Positions 13,319 to 26,149 of a stretch of DNA of 64,000 nucleotides are shown here, piece after piece. The position numbers and the translations under genes were made by a program. This DNA comes from Eledone cirrhosa (lineage: Eukaryota), in the NCBI GenBank assembly GCA_964016885.1, contig OZ024741.1:39680001-39744000 (forward strand). The letters run 5' to 3'. The notes beneath the pieces are model-generated. The model worked only from the letters and a program-made list of their open reading frames with translations. It made no database searches and was not told where the DNA came from. How positions within the stretch are numbered: position 1 is the stretch's first letter; the number at the start of each line of letters is the position of its first letter.

Positions 13319-13373
<55 letters not shown>

Positions 13374-13923
13374 CGTCAGATAAAATGACATTGTGGTATT
13401 TGTTTAAGCTATTTCACTTCCGAATTTCAATTCAACCGTGGTCAACTTTGCCTTTCATCCTACAGGGTTCGATGAAATAAAGTCCTAGTCAAGTGCTATG
13501 GTTTATTTAGTCAACTTTGTCCCTTCCCAAATTTTCTGGCTTTGTCCCTAACTTAGAAATCAATAATTATATTTCATATATCATCTCAGTATAACAACGT
13601 AGACTACAACAAAATATTTATAATGAAAACAAAAAATTAAATATACCGGACAGCAAAGATTGGTTTCATCTTTTGTGGAATCTTCAGCGAGAAATAAATA
13701 GCAATATAATTTATACGAGAAAATTATTCAGAATTATTAGGTTTAATTTCAAAATAACATCATTGGCTGTTGGATATAATTTTCATGTCGTTTCTCTTTA
13801 CGAAAAACTAAGTCAAATGTACAGGATCACATACAGACTTAGTAATGATGTAAAATAGTAATAAGAAATGAACAAATTATAAAATACATCTACTACAGGT
13901 GCTGATACATTCAATCTCTTATA

Positions 13924-14113
13924 ATAATTGTTTCTACTTTTGGCACAAGGCCAGCAATTATCCCAGTGAATTACTGGTACTTTATTTTATCGACCCCGTA
14001 AAGATGAAAGGCAAAGTTAACCTCGACGGGATTTGAACTCAGACCACAAAGGTCCGTAACTCTATGTTGCAAAATATGGTGTCCAACCCTCTACCGATAC
14101 TGCCAATCCACTG
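13924..14113 (-). mobile_element. Meta-domain SINE, full length
   Basis: Reverse complement has A box tggcagtatcgg, B box gagttcaaatcc, Meta core and tail. Confidence 0.85.
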
Positions 14114-14789
14114 CCCTTGTAATCTTTTATAATAATATATTCGGCCATGATAAGAGATCGTCAGATAGTCTCTAAATTTCCTCAAACATTTCTACCCAAA
14201 TCACAATGGCTTTCCGTTGGCGTGTCGACAGTGATAGCCATGGTTATCTTTTCTTAATCTTTAACTCAAATTCTTTGGCCTGTTCCCAAGCAAGCCAAGG
14301 ATTCTTTCTTAGGGTTGCTCTAACCTCCGAGCAGATATTTTTTTCAGTAGATGCCAACCTTTCCTTTTATTCGCCTGGCTGTAACACTCTTCCATACAGA
14401 CTACACCGGGAAACCCCTGCAGTTAACCTCAACAGTACAGAGGAAGACCTGTCTATATATCCTGAAATAATCCGGAATTGCAAAACAATAAATTTAATTT
14501 GCTTCATTTGAAATTAAACAAAAAATCTGTACAATAAAATATAAGCCTATCGAATGTTATATGAGTTATATTCCAGACTAGCATGTAAATCACACTGTTA
14601 TATTTATTATGTTCAATTATATTAGTGTTGTAGTGTTGACGTAGCAACAGCAATACATACATACAGACACACTCACATATATAGAAAGATATATATTATT
14701 CTCCATATATTTCATCCTTACGGGGTCGATAAAATAAAGTACCAGTAATGCACTGGGTTTTTGCTGGCCTTGTGCCTAACGTAGAAACA

Positions 14790-14851
<62 letters not shown>

Positions 14852-14886
14852 TTGAGTCCAAGAGGGGAATAGGACCCAAGGGGGGA

Positions 14887-14918
<32 letters not shown>

Positions 14919-14926
14919 TAAAATAA

Positions 14927-15000
14927 CAGATTAAAGTTTAAGCAAAGAATCGCTGCTTTCACCCTTAACGGGATCTTCTGAAACTAACAAAGTCAATCTG
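14927..15000 (-). ncRNA. Hammerhead variant (CAGAAGA core), family A
   Basis: Exact reverse complement of 15600-15673. Confidence 0.6.
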
Positions 15001-15599
15001 TAAACGCAGAAGTGGATATTTCAAAAAACGTTGCAACCGGAGGTAGACAGGAAGACGATACGTTGGTTCGTGGAAACGTTCGCTGGCAAAGAACGGGAAA
15101 AAACGAATATAATACGTCATTAATAGGAGCGGTGAAAAACAATTACGCGCAAAGACAGAACCATGTTTATGGTATAAAAGAGGTCGTAGACTAATGTTCT
15201 CTAAGTGGTTCATAGAGACGTTCTCTGGCAATGAACGAAAAAAACTAAGATAATACGTCATATGTGGTGCGTGGAGAACAATAGCACGCAAAGTCAAAAC
15301 CACGAAAATGGTATAGCAGAAGTCGTAGACTAAAATTCTAACTAGGAGACCGAATGATTCTCCGCTACAGAGTTAAGAACAAAGTAAATAAATACAATAC
15401 AGAAGTAATAGAAATAAATAAATGCATACACGCAAACAAATTCGTACATGCACATGCATACGCAAAACACTTACCATAGGTATACAATTATATTCGTTTT
15501 TTCCCGTTCTTTGCCAGCGAACGTTTCCACGAACCAAAGTATCGTCTTCCTGTCTTCCTCCGGTTGCAACGTTTTTTGAAATATCCAGTTCTGCGTTTA

Positions 15600-15673
15600 C
15601 AGATTGACTTTGTTAGTTTCAGAAGATCCCGTTAAGGGTGAAAGCAGCGATTCTTTGCTTAAACTTTAATCTG
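15600..15673 (+). ncRNA. Hammerhead variant (CAGAAGA core), family A
   Basis: cagattga..agttt-CAGAAGA-t-ccc-gttaa-ggg-t-GAA-AGCAG-cgattct-TTGCT-T-aaact-ttaatctg; all three stems pair; cleavage triplet CUU. Confidence 0.65.
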
Positions 15674-15778
15674 TTATTTTAATAAATATTTGCTCTACGG
15701 TTCTTATATATTTGATATATATTTATCCTTATCGAGCCCTCTTTGGATTTTCGTCTTCAAATTTATTATTATTACTAT

Positions 15779-15964
15779 CGGTGGATTGGCAGTATCGGTA
15801 GAGGGTCGGACGCCATGCTTTCCAGCATAGTTACGTCCCTTTACGATCTGAGTTCAAATCCCGCCGAGGTTGACTTTGCCTTTCATCCTTACGGGGTCGA
15901 TGAAATAAAGTACCAGTAACGCGCTGGGTAATTGCTGGCCTTGTGCCTAAAGTAGAAACAATTA
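15779..15964 (+). mobile_element. Meta-domain SINE, full length
   Basis: ggtggattggcagtatcggtagag..gagttcaaatcccgccgagg..gcctttcatccttacggggtcgat.. Confidence 0.9.
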
Positions 15965-16262
15965 CTATATATATATATATACATGCATACTGTTATATTG
16001 TTATATTTGAGGATGGACCCGTTACCAATATAGCCTAACAAAGAAGCACACGCTACATATAAATTTCACATTATCTTTAACTTTATTCTTCGGTGTTCGA
16101 GTGACAAACAATTGAACAATGAACAATAAGGATAAGGTGTGAATTATATGGTGCGTGTGTTTCTTTCTATTAATAAAATTGGCAACATGACCTTCCTCCA
16201 AGTATAACAATAACAATATCGGATTCAACACATGATTTCACATGTAGAACATAAATATATAA

Positions 16263-16309
<47 letters not shown>

Positions 16310-16436
16310 TATATATTATACATATTATATATTATATATATTATATATATAAATATTATATATACATATTATAGAGATATATAATATATATATCATATAT
16401 ATATAATATATATATAATATATGTATATAATATATA

Positions 16437-16509
<73 letters not shown>

Positions 16510-16514
<5 letters not shown>

Positions 16515-16715
16515 AATATAAGTATGTATACGTACATACAGCCGTACAGTAGCATGTATATACATACATACATGCACACATATATATATGTACGTATAAG
16601 TTTACCGAACATTTATTATAATGCTCGGTTTGTTTGTAAACAAACAGCCCGAATTATTAGCCGTACAGTGTTCGGCAACCATCGTTGCCCTTTTGTTCAA
16701 CACTGACAAAGGAAC

Positions 16716-16719
<4 letters not shown>
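16510..16719 (-). mobile_element. Family I copy beginning at the predicted HHR cleavage site
   Basis: Reverse complement matches 56233-56480 and starts at catcgttcc, directly adjoining (TA)n. Confidence 0.75.
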
Positions 16720-16793
<74 letters not shown>

Positions 16794-17243
16794 GTATGTG
16801 TGTGTATGTATATTATATATATACACGGTGTCCCCCCCCAAAAATATATACAAACTTCAACACCATTCTAATAATGTTGCTTGTACAAGTGTGCATACAC
16901 TTTTTGGGGACACCATATATATACATATATATTCTTTATTACACATAGACATGTGTGCATACATATACATATATACACATATAACATACGTACATATATA
17001 CATACGTACACACATACATGCGTTCATACGTAGATGTGTGTGAATGAATATGTGAGTTTATGTGTATATGGATATTTGTGTGCCTAAGGGTATGCGCCGT
17101 ATCCATTACATCAAAAGTGTTTTATCAACACAACAAACGTCCATGTATTCCACCCCAAACGACTGAAACATTCCTTTAAAACAACTGTCATTTATCATAG
17201 TTCAATATACAGATACATACACACATTCATACATACATACATA

Positions 17244-17562
17244 CATGGTGGCTGCCAACTCGTTTTCGAGTACAGCCACTACTTTATATCCATGTAGGAG
17301 AACCCCTACCGATGCGCTGAACGAGTGTGACTTTTTAGTCCAGCCAACGACTTGAAAACTCTGGTACAAACACTACACTTGTGACAATTATTGACACATA
17401 TTGCTGGGCCCATGGTACCATGTGACGACAAGTGCAGAGAGATCTCCAGATATAAAGCAATGCCTGTGCCGTGAAGCTTTTATAGTGAGCAAAGGCACTG
17501 CACAAAGCCAGTCCCACTCTCTTAACCAAGATGATATTTACCAAAAAGAAGAACAAGTCAAC
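17244..17562 (-). mobile_element. Family G copy
   Basis: Matches 4573-4883; (CATA)n on both sides. Confidence 0.8.
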
Positions 17563-17623
17563 ATACATACATACATACATATATATATACAATACATACA
17601 TACATACATCCATATATATATAT

Positions 17624-17718
<95 letters not shown>

Positions 17719-17724
17719 TATATG

Positions 17725-17878
<154 letters not shown>

Positions 17879-17887
17879 TATATATAT

Positions 17888-18360
17888 AAATTAATAAAAT
17901 AATGAATAAACAAAGAACCAGTTCCTTATATTAAAAAAATTCATCATTTTACGATCGTTTCTAGGATATATATGTATTAGAGTTGGTATGCATATTCTAT
18001 AGATTTATGTACAATATTTATACAAACTATCAGAGGGAATATACATACCTACACATATATATGCTGTCTTCAGATTCCCTCTGATAGTTTGTATAAATAT
18101 TGTACATAGATCTATAGAATATGCATACCAACTCTAACACATATATATCCTAGAAACGATCGGAAAATGATGAATTTTTTTAATATAAGGAACTGGTTCT
18201 TTGTTTATTCATTAATTTATCTTGACTCTGTTTTCCGTTTATTTTTCACCGAAAGTAGTTTTTGAATGCATCTTCTCTTTTCATGATATCCGGATTACAT
18301 TGAGTTCTTCATACGGATTGGACACTACCGTAAACTTTTGGTAGATTTATCTACATAAGT
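17888..18360 (+). mobile_element. Fold-back PLE-like element with ~140-bp arms
   Basis: Arms ~17900-18040 and 18074-18213, tail to ~18360; TA-flanked. Confidence 0.8.
17945..18073 (-). ncRNA. Hammerhead with 105-nt domain II (stem I 5' strand lost at the inversion junction)
   Basis: CTGAAGA-cagcatatatatgtgt..ggtatgtatattc..gaatatgcatacc..atacatatatatccta-GAAA-CGATCG-TA. Confidence 0.65.
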
Positions 18361-18389
18361 ATATATATATACATTCTTACGTACATACA

Positions 18390-18429
<40 letters not shown>

Positions 18430-18472
18430 TTCAAAATATTAACAAAAATAGACATTCGTGTGATCAAGTATA

Positions 18473-18535
18473 TTTTATTATACATATTTCAGAGGTACTG
18501 AGCTATCTTCAACAGTACGTCCTCATCAGATAAAA
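18473..18535 (-). ncRNA. Type I hammerhead (family K-related)
   Basis: ttttat-CTGATGA-ggacgtactg-loop-cagtacctct-GAAA-tatgta-TA-ataaaa. Confidence 0.8.
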
Positions 18536-18940
18536 TAAGATGATGCATGACATACCCTGACTTAGTAGATGGTTAAGATTCAGTATAGATTCATTCCAAT
18601 CTATTGTAAAACTCATTCTTTAATTTATTCATTGAACCTTGTTTAACCTTTAAATATATATATATATATATATATCAATATACATAAATATACGTACAAA
18701 CACACATATATATGTATATATTGTATATATATACATACATACATATATGTTTACATATGCATACATTCGTACAAACATACATATTTATGTATACATATAC
18801 ATACATACGTACACGTACACACACACACACATACGCACATACACACACACACATATACATATTATATATATATTTATATACATACACACACACATATATA
18901 TATATATATATGTATATATATAAATATATATATAATACAT

Positions 18941-19021
<81 letters not shown>

Positions 19022-19030
19022 CACACATAT

Positions 19031-19083
<53 letters not shown>

Positions 19084-19389
19084 CATTTTATATATATATA
19101 TATGTGTGCGTTTTTCCGTATGTGTATACACATGTTTATGTGTATGTATACACACAGATATATCATCACCATCACCATCACCATCCTCATTGCCGTAGAC
19201 TTCTTTGTAGTCACGTATTGAAATAATGTGGTTACTGTTCCCTCTGTACCCGGTTGACTCTCTAAATGCATATTGGACATACCCGGTTACCCTACCCACT
19301 TCAACAGAAGTCTACCCGTTACCCCTTCCCTAACTAGGACAACACTTCAAACTGTCACCTGGGGTATCAATAGATACAACACCAACCAC

Positions 19390-19476
19390 AGCAGCAGTAG
19401 TAGCAGTAGTAGCAGTAGTAGCAGTAGTATAGTAGTATTTGTGGTGGTGGTGGTGGTGCTGGTGCTGGTAGTAGTG

Positions 19477-19508
<32 letters not shown>

Positions 19509-19672
19509 TGTGGTGGTGGTGGTGGTGGTGGTGGTGGTGGTGGTGGTGGTGGTGGTGGTGGTGGTGGTGGTGGTGTTAGTAGTAGTAGTAGTATTAGTAG
19601 TAGTAGTAGTAGTGGTGGTGGTTGTGGTGGTGGTGGTGGTGGTTGTGGTGGTGGTGGTGGCGGTGGTGGTGT

Positions 19673-19707
<35 letters not shown>

Positions 19708-19809
19708 ATAGTAGTAGTAGTAGTGATGGTGGTGGTGGTGGTGGTACCAGTAGTAGTAGTAGTGGTAGTAGTAGTAGTAGTAGTAGTAGTAGTGATGGTG
19801 GTGGTGGTG

Positions 19810-19856
<47 letters not shown>

Positions 19857-19857
19857 G

Positions 19858-19907
<50 letters not shown>

Positions 19908-19944
19908 GGTGGTGGTGGTGGTGGTGGTGGTGGTGGTGGTGGCG

Positions 19945-19989
<45 letters not shown>

Positions 19990-20270
19990 ATGGTGGTGGT
20001 GGTGGTGGTACCAGTAGTAGTAGTAGTGGTGGTTGTGGTGGTGGTGGTGGCGGTGGTGGTGGCGGTGGTGGTGGTGGTAGTGGTAGTAGTGGTAGTAGTA
20101 GTAGTAGTAGTACTAGTGGTGGTGGTGGTGATGGTGGTGGTAGGGGTTGAGGTAATAGTAGTAGTAGTGGTGGTGGTGGTGGTGGTGGTAGTGGTAGTGG
20201 TAGTAGTAGTATTAGTAGTAGTAGTAGTAGTAGCAGTAGTAGTAGTTGGAGGGGGAGCAGGAGGAGGAGG
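19390..20270. repeat. (GTA)n/(GTG)n compound trinucleotide tract
   Basis: Direct reading; explains the 358-aa poly-Val ORF. Confidence 0.97.
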
Positions 20271-20391
20271 ATGTACTATAAAACGGAAATCGTTAGTGAG
20301 AACAATATATTTTCTTGTCTGCCACAGAACAACAAATGAATTAACATAAAATATGATATATATTTAAGAAATATGTTTATTGTGCATAAAC

Positions 20392-21040
20392 ATAATTGTT
20401 TCTACTTTAGGCACAATCCCAGCAAATACCCAGTACATTACTGGTACTTTATTTTATCGACCCCGTAAGGATAAAAGGCAAAGTTAACTTCGACGGGATT
20501 TGAACTCAGACCGTAAAGGGACGTAACTATGCCAGAAAGCATGGCGTCCGACCCTCTACCGATACTGCCAATTCACCGCCATTGTGCATAAACATACTGC
20601 GGTGCATTGACTCATATGTCAGAGAGTTAGATATAATGGTTTGTGGCGTTTAGTTACCGAAGTTTATATTCCGGGTTCATAACCCATAAAATGTCAACTC
20701 TGACTTTCATCCTTCCAAGGTTGATAAAGTATAGTACCTGTAACGTACTGGGATCGATATAATCACATTTCACAACCACAAATTGCTGGCCTTGTGCCTA
20801 AATAAGTTATCACTTTACATAAAAAAGCGGGTTGGGGTGACTTGGCGAATGTTTAGAAGTACCAGACAAAATGCTTTGTGGCATTTTAGGATCAATTCTA
20901 AGTTCAAATCTTACCCAGATCAACTGTGATTTTCATTATTCTAGGGTTGATAAAATACCAGATATAATCGACTTTCTTTTGACCACAAACTGCTAAACTT
21001 ATGCCTAAGTTAGAAGACTTGTACCTAAGTTAGAAGAGTA
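20392..21040. mobile_element. Cluster of three Meta-domain SINEs (20392-20580 minus, young; two older plus-strand copies)
   Basis: Meta core and B-box remnants in each copy. Confidence 0.75.
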
Positions 21041-21080
21041 TATTGCATATGTATATTTATACGCCTTTATTAGTATGTAT

Positions 21081-21666
21081 AGTCGCCAACGACCCGACCA
21101 TGAGACAGTTTGTACTGGGATACATGTTACCAGTAGCACCAACTGGTGACCTGACAAGGTTTCTTGGTGAGGAGGGTGACTTTGGACATCCTGCAGGACT
21201 AAAACCAAAACTTGTCAAAGGGCAAAGGAGCTCTTAAGAGTCAATGGCCATCCAAAATCACCGGGGGGGGGGGGGTGACCCCTTAGCCTTTGTCAAGGCA
21301 GAATTCTAGGAGAAGGAAAACTCTGATATAACACCTGCAACCCTGATGGTATCCAATGATGTTGACTTGTTCTTCTTTTTGGTAAATATCATCTTGGTTA
21401 AGAGAGTGGGACTGGCTTTGTGCAGTGCCTTTGCTCACTATAAAAGCTTCACGGCACAGGCATTGCTTTATATCTGGAGATCTCTCTGCACTTTACCAAG
21501 GGCCCAGCACTATGCGTCAATAATTGTCACAAGTGTAGTGTTTGTACCAGAGTTTTCAAGTCGCTGGCTGGACTAAAAAGTCACACTCGTTCAGCGCATC
21601 GGTAGGGATTCTCCTACATGGATATAAAGTAGTGGCCGTACTCGAAAACGAGTTGACAGCCACCAT
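21081..21666 (+). mobile_element. Near-full family G copy with inverted 5' ~60 nt
   Basis: 21081-21140 is the reverse complement of the 9052-9111 homologue; the remainder is colinear with 48564-49090 (reverse complement). Confidence 0.8.
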
Positions 21667-21854
21667 TAGTATGTATATATGTATTTTTGTAGAGTTAGAA
21701 AGTTATACTGTGTATCCGGTAACTCTGCGCATTCTGAGTTCAAATCCCGTCTCGTTCTACTAAGAATTACGATCGGCAGATAATATCAACCAAGGAAAGG
21801 CCAATGGAACCATTAATACAGTCCAAAATGTTGATCGTCTACTTTCCTTTCTCT

Positions 21855-22402
21855 ATGTATGTTGTCGGTTGAAAATTCCATAGGCTTACCAAGATACTTT
21901 CATGGAATGACCAAATGAGGTTTATTTGTTAATATAGTCCTTGGAAAGAAACAATGCTGTTAATAATAATTGTTTCTACTTTTGGCACAAAGCCATCAAA
22001 TACACAGTACATTACTGGTACTTTATTTTATCGACCCCGTAAGGATGAAAGGCAAAGTTAACCTCGGCGGGATTTGAACTCAGACCGTAAAGGGAGGTAA
22101 CTATGCTGGAAGCATGGCGTCCGACCCTCTACCAATACTGCCAATCCACCGCCCTCTGATGTTAATAATAATAAGAGTTGAAATTAATAAATGCAAGATT
22201 TCACAGTAATAGCATCACTCCTTCATAGGCTGACCAAGATACTCTCATGGAATGACCAAAAGACATTTATTTTTCTGCATAGACCTTAGAAGGAAACAAT
22301 GCTGTTATTAATAAGAAGAGTTGAAATTAATGCATGCAAGATTTCATAGCTCTAGCATCACTCCTTCATAGTCAACCTATGAACCTTTCAACACACCCTC
22401 AT
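21855..22402. mobile_element. Mariner-derived MITE tandem dimer interrupted by a SINE
   Basis: TIR-like ends ttgaaaattccataggct / caacctatgaacctttcaacacaccctc; unit cataggctgaccaagatactctcatggaatgacc occurs twice; sister at 51035-51505. Confidence 0.6.
21966..22153 (-). mobile_element. Meta-domain SINE with target-site duplication tgttaataataat
   Basis: Full SINE; duplication at ~21958 and ~22160. Confidence 0.9.
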
Positions 22403-22660
22403 ATAATTCTCCTTTGCCTATCTATATTTCATTTCTTAGCACCCACGTTATAATCAAAGAATCATTCTCGCTAAAATGTCAATCCTTCAATCAGATGTAT
22501 ATCGTATCTCCCGAGTATCTCACAAACTTTTTATACTCCTTCTAAATATTCTTTGTTTCATATTTCCGAGCATCTCGTCAATTATAAAATCTTTTTGCAA
22601 CCCGACACAACAATACATCATGTGTGTAAGACCCACTGTTTGTATATGTCTGAATATATA

Positions 22661-22695
<35 letters not shown>

Positions 22696-22709
22696 GTGGT
22701 TACACCATA

Positions 22710-22749
22710 CCGGGAACAATTGTTTCACCTTCGCGGATCTTCAGCTCGG
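22710..22749 (-). ncRNA. Minimal type I hammerhead in a ~60-bp TA-flanked insert
   Basis: ccgag-CTGAAGA-t-cc-gcgaa-gg-t-GAAA-CAATTG-TT-cccgg. Confidence 0.7.
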
Positions 22750-22770
22750 GATGTATATATATATATATAT

Positions 22771-23000
22771 AGAAATAATAATAAATTTGAAGACTGAAAT
22801 CCAAAGAGGGCTCGATAAGGATAAATATATATCAAATATATAAGAACTGTAGAGCAAATATTTATTAAAATAACAGATTAAAGTTTAAGCAAAGAATCGC
22901 TGCTTTCACCCTTAACGGGATCTTCTGAAACTAGTTTCAGAAGATTCCGCTAAGGGTGAAAGCAGCGATTCTTTGCTTAAACTTTAATCTGTTATTTTAA
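22771..23000 (-). mobile_element. Family A fold-back element (axis 22932/22933; HHR on each strand)
   Basis: ...tcttctgaaact|agtttcagaaga...; tail on the left. Confidence 0.85.
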
Positions 23001-23096
23001 TATATATATATATATACACATGCGTGTGTATGTGTTTGTATGCATAAGTACATAAGTATATATATGGATATACATATATATATATGTATATATGTG

Positions 23097-23132
<36 letters not shown>

Positions 23133-23138
<6 letters not shown>

Positions 23139-23413
23139 AGAAAACGAAAAATCAGTGATGGATCTAAACTCAATTTATTGTGTGTTACAATTGTGTTGAT
23201 CATTGTGTGGATCTGTCTGATTCTGGACCCAGAATCAGACAGATCCACACAATGATCGCGTCTCGAGCTGTCCGCCGGGGACACAGTTGTAACACAATAA
23301 ATTGAGTTCAGATGCATCACTGATTTTTCGTTTTCTATTCTATCATACTCTGCTCTGTAAGAACATAGAGTGTTCAACCGGCATAACGCCTATGGAAGCA
23401 TCTTAGCTACCAT
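23133..23413 (+). mobile_element. Family D-related fold-back element
   Basis: Palindrome with axis at ttctgg|acccagaa; 3' HHR half degenerate (gacacagttgta); tail atactctgctctgtaagaacatagagtg. Confidence 0.7.
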
Positions 23414-23445
<32 letters not shown>

Positions 23446-23465
23446 AACATACACACACACACACG

Positions 23466-23530
<65 letters not shown>

Positions 23531-23537
<7 letters not shown>

Positions 23538-23765
23538 TAACAGATTAAAGTTTAAGCAAAGAATCGCTGCTTTCACCCTTAGCGGAATCTTCTGAAACTA
23601 GTTTCAGAAGATCTCGTTAAGGGTGAAAGCACTGATTCTTTGCTTAAAATTTTATCTGTTATTTTAATAAATATTTGCTCTACGGTTCTTATATATTTGA
23701 TATTTTGATATATATTTATCCTTATCGAGCCCTCTTTGGATTTTAGTCTTCAAATTTATTATTAT

Positions 23766-23770
<5 letters not shown>
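23531..23770 (+). mobile_element. Family A fold-back element (axis 23599/23600)
   Basis: Inverted copy relative to 22771-23000. Confidence 0.85.
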
Positions 23771-23806
<36 letters not shown>

Positions 23807-24320
23807 TGTATGTGTGTGTGTGTTTACAAATAAATGCATGTGAATGTAGACCACAATGATGATGATGATAAATATGTATCTATACATGTAAGCAAAGGTG
23901 TGCAAATGTATAGATTTGTGTGTGTCCCATCAAGTAGAGGCAGTATGAGTATACTATATTTTGTTCTCCATAACAACTTAACATCCATTTGATCAAAATC
24001 AATTTAAAATGTAACTCTCGGCCCCCTCTAGTTTAACATTATATCACCCTCACCCTTGTATACACTATGGTGTAAACATTATTTTCAACTGTGGAATCAG
24101 CGCCATTCCACCGAAATCAAATTATAAACAGAGGATATTCATAATAATATAATAATTATATAGTATTCTGCTTTTATATTGAGTAGTTTTTTGTTGGGTT
24201 TGTAACCCCTAACTGCGGATACATACACACATACATACACACGCACTCACACACACACACATACACACGCACTCACACACACACACATACACACACACAT
24301 AAATATATATATATATATAT

Positions 24321-24507
24321 GAAAATGTATGACCCCGACGGCAGAGCTCAAGCCGTTTCGATGGCTATTTCAGTCCAGAAATAGCCGTCGAAACGGCTTG
24401 AGCTCTGTCGTCGGGGTCATACATTGTTCTATTAGCCACTCAACTACCTAAGTATTGAGTACTCTGGTGCGTTATGGTCCATCTGGTTCCTTACCACAAC
24501 TTCGTTA
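24321..24507 (+). mobile_element. Fold-back element, family C (3' half of HHR duplicated)
   Basis: gaccccgacggcagagctcaagccgtttcg..cgaaacggcttgagctctg(c/t)cgtcggggtc plus tail aagtattgagtactctggtgcgttatggtcc. Confidence 0.8.
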
Positions 24508-24528
24508 TATTATATATATAACATAACA

Positions 24529-24594
24529 TCTGTCTGACGACCGATCCAGACGTGTATTATTATTGTCTGGTATCCAGAAACCTTTGGTAATGGA
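24529..24594 (+). ncRNA. Type I hammerhead
   Basis: tctgt-CTGACGA-ccgatccagac-loop-gtctggtatcca-GAAA-cctttgg-TA-atgga. Confidence 0.7.
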
Positions 24595-24970
24595 GTAGTT
24601 ATATTTTGTGTTGTTCACTTACTAATATATATATATATATATGAGTGTGTGTGTGAGAATGTATATATGGATGTATATGTAGGTATGTATGCATGTATGT
24701 ATTCATTTATTCAATTTTTGCTTAGCAATATTTTGAAATAGGTGTTTGTAGTAATCCAGAACTCATTCCATATCTCACATATTTACAACAACACTGTCAT
24801 CAACAAAAATCATTTTAATGGAAGTGCAGGAATCCATGAATGTAATATAAACTTCTGAGAGAGATGTTTGATTTTTTTCCCATTTACATTTCATAGCATA
24901 AACAAACTCCTCACATATACTGATATTCCCTGTGAATATGCTGTAGATCATAGATCAGTAGCTCCCAACG

Positions 24971-25051
<81 letters not shown>

Positions 25052-25470
25052 ACCTTACACACACTGTACGCCATTTTACAGTCACGTCTTCTCTATATAA
25101 GTCTATGCTCTAAGCTGCAATCATCGTGTCAGTCACACCCTAATACTGTTGACAATAGCCAACACAACAATTGCAATTGTTTAAAGCCAGTCTGACTGCT
25201 CAGCTCAGACCTATAGACCTAAATCTCTTGTTTCATACAGGGAATGCTTTAATGCTTACTGCTTTGCTGCTTTACAGATAGTGATAGTGTGATTGATAGT
25301 GATATGGCTTAAAACAGACGATGTTGTATCAGTACAAGCAATCTGGATCAACTCTGACACAATTTTGATGCCAACAAAAGAAGCCTTTGCATGTTCATAC
25401 GAACACACGCATATGTATATCTAAGTGTGTGTGTGTATATATATATATATATAGGGGGCTATGGATGTGC

Positions 25471-25537
<67 letters not shown>

Positions 25538-26149
25538 TATATACACATACATATATATATGACAACATGTGTATGTATGTATATATGTGTATGTATTTAT
25601 ATATGTATATATATATAACCTTTTCCAATATTATATTATATTATATAACTACTCACTACTTGTAGCGGAATATATGGACTATTTCAACAGATGTCCTTTC
25701 ACCCCAATTGAATGGAATGGAATGGAGCTCCGTCGATCTCGACGATTAATGATTTAGTTGTTAGATCAAAGTAACAGCTCGAACAAATGGGAAATTATAG
25801 TGCAAGTGTTTGACCATTCTTCATACATGATTCGCCACGACCTAGTGTGTAACAACTCAAGCGCTTTGAAGGACAGGTGCAATTCATCCGACGGGCTTCC
25901 AAATAGGTTTCACTCACACAGCGTGGGTCAACTCGAGGCTATAGTAAGAGGCACGCCATTCCTAACAAGGGAAGTTACAGCATAGAGACAACCTCATTGT
26001 CATGATTATTTTAGATTTCAGTCAATGAGTGTGGGTTTTCATGTGCTCAATTTTCTGAGGCCATTTACACGGATTTAGTAAAAGTCGCTTCCGTCATGAA
26101 AGAAGAGTTTAATTCAGACAAATTTAGCCTGGGTGATCTTGAGATTCTT

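Larger units (their letters stand above)
14917..15778 (+). mobile_element. Longest family A copy (~200-bp inverted arms, two HHRs)
   Basis: Arms 14917-15113 and 15487-15683; internal diverged ~140-bp tandem duplication at 15075-15333; tail to 15778. Confidence 0.85.

Noticed and set aside
14190-14462. Minus-strand exon with accATGg start
   Set aside because: Short frame, weak donor and no homology recognised.
15779-15865. tRNA gene
   Set aside because: A/B boxes belong to a multi-copy SINE head; no complete cloverleaf.
19273-20349. 358-aa ORF (longest in the track)
   Set aside because: Poly-Val translation of a (GTA/GTG)n microsatellite; no domain.
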